This document shows, piece after piece, positions 61,215-64,000 of a stretch of DNA of 64,000 bases. Each line of letters opens with the position of its first letter. Positions within the stretch are counted from its first letter, which is position 1. The stretch covers positions 928,001 through 992,000 of the forward strand of contig CAWJTV010000011.1 in the NCBI GenBank assembly GCA_963845755.1. The letters are read 5' to 3'. A program made the position numbers and the translations under genes. Origin of the DNA: an uncultured Planctomycetota bacterium. GTDB taxonomy: Bacteria; Planctomycetota; Planctomycetia; Isosphaerales; Isosphaeraceae. The notes below the pieces were generated by a model. It did no database searches. It had not been told where the DNA came from and saw nothing but the letters and a program-made list of their open reading frames with translations.

Positions 61215-62372
61215 CTACGGCCGTTTGGGTTTGGCTGGTTCGGCCGCGGGCTTCTTGGCGTCTTCGGCCTTGGGCTTGGCGACGGCTGCGGGGGCGTCCT
61301 TGGCCTTGGGCTGGTCCTTGGGGGCATCGCCGGGCCGGGTGTGGCGAATGGTCTGAATGTCGGAGAACGTGACGGGGAGGAGGTTATACTCGGGCTCCCA
61401 ATCGACGGCCCGGCCCCTCAAGGAGATCTCGAGGAACCGGAAGAGCGAGGAAGTGACCTTGGGCTCGAGGCGCAGGAGCTTGTAGCCGTGGAGGGCGGAG
61501 GGATAGAGCTCGATCTTGTTGAGCCGGTGGCGCTCGATCAGGGCACGGCTGCGTTCCACGGCGTCCTTGGAGGCATGATCGTTCTCGCCGGCGATCAGGA
61601 ACGACGGGATTCGGGGGGCGATCGAGGCCATGACATGGCGGAGCACGAAGCCGGAGCCCTCGGGCATGGGAGAGATCAGGACCAGGGCGCTGAGGTCGCT
61701 GGGTCGTCCTTCGGTGGTGATGGCCGCGCCGGGCTGAAAGGCCCAGGCCGTGGTGAGGTTGGCCCCGTCGCCCAGGGCGATCACCCCCAGTTTGGCCAGG
61801 TTGAGCTCGCCGCGGTTATGGCGGTCGACCAGGAAATAGAAGGCCGCTTGCAGATCCTCGACGACGCGAGGCCGCTCGATGGCGGTCAGGACCCGCCGTT
61901 GGTTCTGGCCCTGCCCGCGCAGGTCCAGGCTGAGGACGGCGTAGTTGAGGCTCTGAAGATGCTCGGCCAGCCCCTGTCCCTTGAGTTCGAGCACCGGCTC
62001 CTCGAAGTCCTTGCGCGACCGGCCCGACTCGTGGATCAGCATGACCACCGGCGCGGAGGGGCCGAGCTTGGAGCGATAATACGAGGCGGCCAGGGGCGCC
62101 CCATCGAAGGAATGGAGTCGGAAGTTGAAATGGTAAGTGCCCGGGGCCAGCCCCCCGACGCCGCCGCCGGCGAGCTTGGCCAGCGGATCGGCCGCATCGG
62201 GCTTGGCGACCTTCTTCAAGGCCACCCCTCCCTGGTCCTTGACAACGTTCCGCGCCTTCCGCGCCGGCGGTTGCTGGGCCTGGGCCTGCATCATCGCCAG
62301 GCCGAGGATCACCATCACCATGACCAGCGCCAACCACGACTTCGCCGCAAGCGCTTCGCAACGGTCTCGCAT
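61215..62372 (-). CDS. Exported alpha/beta-hydrolase-fold protein
   Basis: Signal peptide, VMLIHE, YAVLSLDLRGQG, LVLISP, GEND and HG. The nucleophile elbow reads ALGDG. Confidence 0.75.
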   Translation of the reverse strand: MRDRCEALAAKSWLALVMVMVILGLAMMQAQAQQPPARKARNVVKDQGGVALKKVAKPDAADPLAKLAGGGVGGLAPGTYHFNFRLHSFDGAPLAASYYRSKLGPSAPVVMLIHESGRSRKDFEEPVLELKGQGLAEHLQSLNYAVLSLDLRGQGQNQRRVLTAIERPRVVEDLQAAFYFLVDRHNRGELNLAKLGVIALGDGANLTTAWAFQPGAAITTEGRPSDLSALVLISPMPEGSGFVLRHVMASIAPRIPSFLIAGENDHASKDAVERSRALIERHRLNKIELYPSALHGYKLLRLEPKVTSSLFRFLEISLRGRAVDWEPEYNLLPVTFSDIQTIRHTRPGDAPKDQPKAKDAPAAVAKPKAEDAKKPAAEPAKPKRP

Positions 62373-63399
62373 GGTTTTGTCCTTAAGTCCGTGGTCCGTG
62401 GTCCTTGGTTTTCTTCCGCGAGCGTCCCGCGACGTTTCGCAGCGCCTTGCGAATCGTCGGTCAACCCGGCGACTCGGTTCGGGCGATCCGGTCGGCACCG
62501 GCGAATGAGCCATCGAACCGAGGACCAAGGACAATGCCCTCTCGTCAATCGTAAGTACCGCTCGCACAATGGACAAGCACAAAGCCTCGCGAGAACGTTG
62601 GGCGGGACCGGCCAGAATCGGGAGCGTCCTCTCAATAATCCGGGAACACCGCGGGCTCGATGTGGCCACTCTTGAGCGTTGCGTCGCCGGACGGAGCGGG
62701 CTCCTCCATCAATCCGAGCGAGGAGTGAGCACGGCCTCCCGATTCGACGCGATCGCGGAGGGTCGGCTCGGTGCGTTCTGGCCGAGCGGCTTTCCGGATC
62801 GCCGCTCCCGGCGGGCGGGTGGTTCCAGGAGCGTGGCACACCCGTGATTTGGGCGCAGGACCCGGTATTGATGTAACGTCATGAGTTCCAAGAACTTCGG
62901 AGGGCGAACCGGTGATATGAATCGGCACCTTCTGGCAACTTTTGCAGCGGTCCGCAGTCCGTGGTCCTCGGTCAGAAAATGCAGGGAATCAAAGAGAGGA
63001 AGAAGATCCGGCCGCACTCTGAGTCTCGTCTTTTCCGGAACAGGAAACATCGAACGTCGCCTCCTATTTACTAGGATGCCGCAGCTTTGGAAAAACGTTA
63101 ATGCACCTACGGCGAAATCGGCCGATTTTCTCGGCGCAACCCCGCACGAGAATGAGACATAAAAATTTTTGATAAATATTTTTGACTGTTGATTAGGGCC
63201 TGGTTCAAGTCGCTCGAAACTCGGCTAACACTTTTCTCGGTAGGCTGCGGCGCTGCTCCAGTCGCAAATCGTGATCAAGCAAGACTTTACTGCCAGAATG
63301 GCCCCAGGCTTTGCACCGGAAAGGGTTGCCCGGCGTTGAACCAGGCCGGATTACGACCGAAGTCGAACCACGGATAACGGACCAGAACTGGGAGAATCG

Positions 63400-64000
63400 A
63401 TGTCCACGCAACGTGTTGTCGGTCCCGGTGTTGTGGGCGAGTCGCTCCGGACGCTCTTCAGCGTCGGCACGCTGTCGGGCCTGACGGATGGGCAGCTCCT
63501 GGAACGGTTCGCGGCGGTCCGCGGCGGGACGCCGGAATCGGAGGCGGCCTTCACGGCGCTGGTGGAGCGCCATGGGCCGATGGTGCTGTCCGTCTGCCGG
63601 ACGGTCCTGGGCGACCGGCATGATGCGGAGGACGCCTGCCAGGCCACGTTCCTGGTCCTGGCGCAACGAGCTGGGTTGATCCGGCGGAGGGATTCGGTGG
63701 CGAGCTGGCTTTTTGGCGTGGCGCGCCGGGTGGCGCTGCGCGCCCGTCGCCAGGCCGCCCGGCGTCGAGAGCTGGAGCGGCGCCGTCGGGCGCGGGTCGG
63801 GGTTGGCGATCCGGTCTGCTCGCCCCCCGCCGAGCCCTGGCCGGAGCTGTACGAGGAGCTCGACCGGCTCCCCGAGTCGTTCCGCGCGGCGGTCGTGCTC
63901 TGCGACCTGGAGGGGCACTCCTACGAGCAGGCCGCGGGGATTCTCCACTGCCCCGTCGGGACCGTCCAGAGCCGGCTGGCGCGGGGACGGGAACGGCTCC
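63400..64000 (+). CDS. ECF sigma factor, N-terminal part (runs off the window)
   Basis: GTLSGLTDGQLLERF, AFTALVERHGPMV, EDACQATFLVL and EELDRLPESFR...GTVQSRLARG. Confidence 0.88.
   Translation, partial: MSTQRVVGPGVVGESLRTLFSVGTLSGLTDGQLLERFAAVRGGTPESEAAFTALVERHGPMVLSVCRTVLGDRHDAEDACQATFLVLAQRAGLIRRRDSVASWLFGVARRVALRARRQAARRRELERRRRARVGVGDPVCSPPAEPWPELYEELDRLPESFRAAVVLCDLEGHSYEQAAGILHCPVGTVQSRLARGRERL

Overview
GC-rich bacterial DNA with planctomycete (Isosphaeraceae/Singulisphaera-like) hallmarks: DUF4058, ECF sigma factors with long C-terminal extensions, a PEP-CTERM protein and secreted TPR paralogs. The taxonomy is inferred from gene content only. Single-base frameshifts are frequent, even in gyrA, so many are probably assembly errors. 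Contents in order: a partial ISKra4/ISLre2-like IS; six tandem secreted TPR genes with TA-ended MITEs (one pair inserted in frame inside a signal peptide); DUF4058 and large exported proteins; a PIN toxin-antitoxin pair; gyrA; PEP-CTERM; a full IS copy with a 9-bp target duplication; and a GDP-sugar reductase. Next is a triply nested mobile unit: an IS66-ended element carrying a GH53 gene, containing a group IIA intron whose RT gene is split by a large-serine-recombinase element. Then come two ECF fusions, cynS, a metallophosphoesterase, surE and neighbours. The best candidate for an undescribed system is 53386-57990: a tetraether-synthase (Tes/GDGT-MAS)-like radical SAM gene and an Lgt-like transferase gene flanking four paralogous Zn-ribbon membrane proteins that all end in a conserved ALx[IV]ALxx[IF]C motif, a possible C-terminal lipidation signal.
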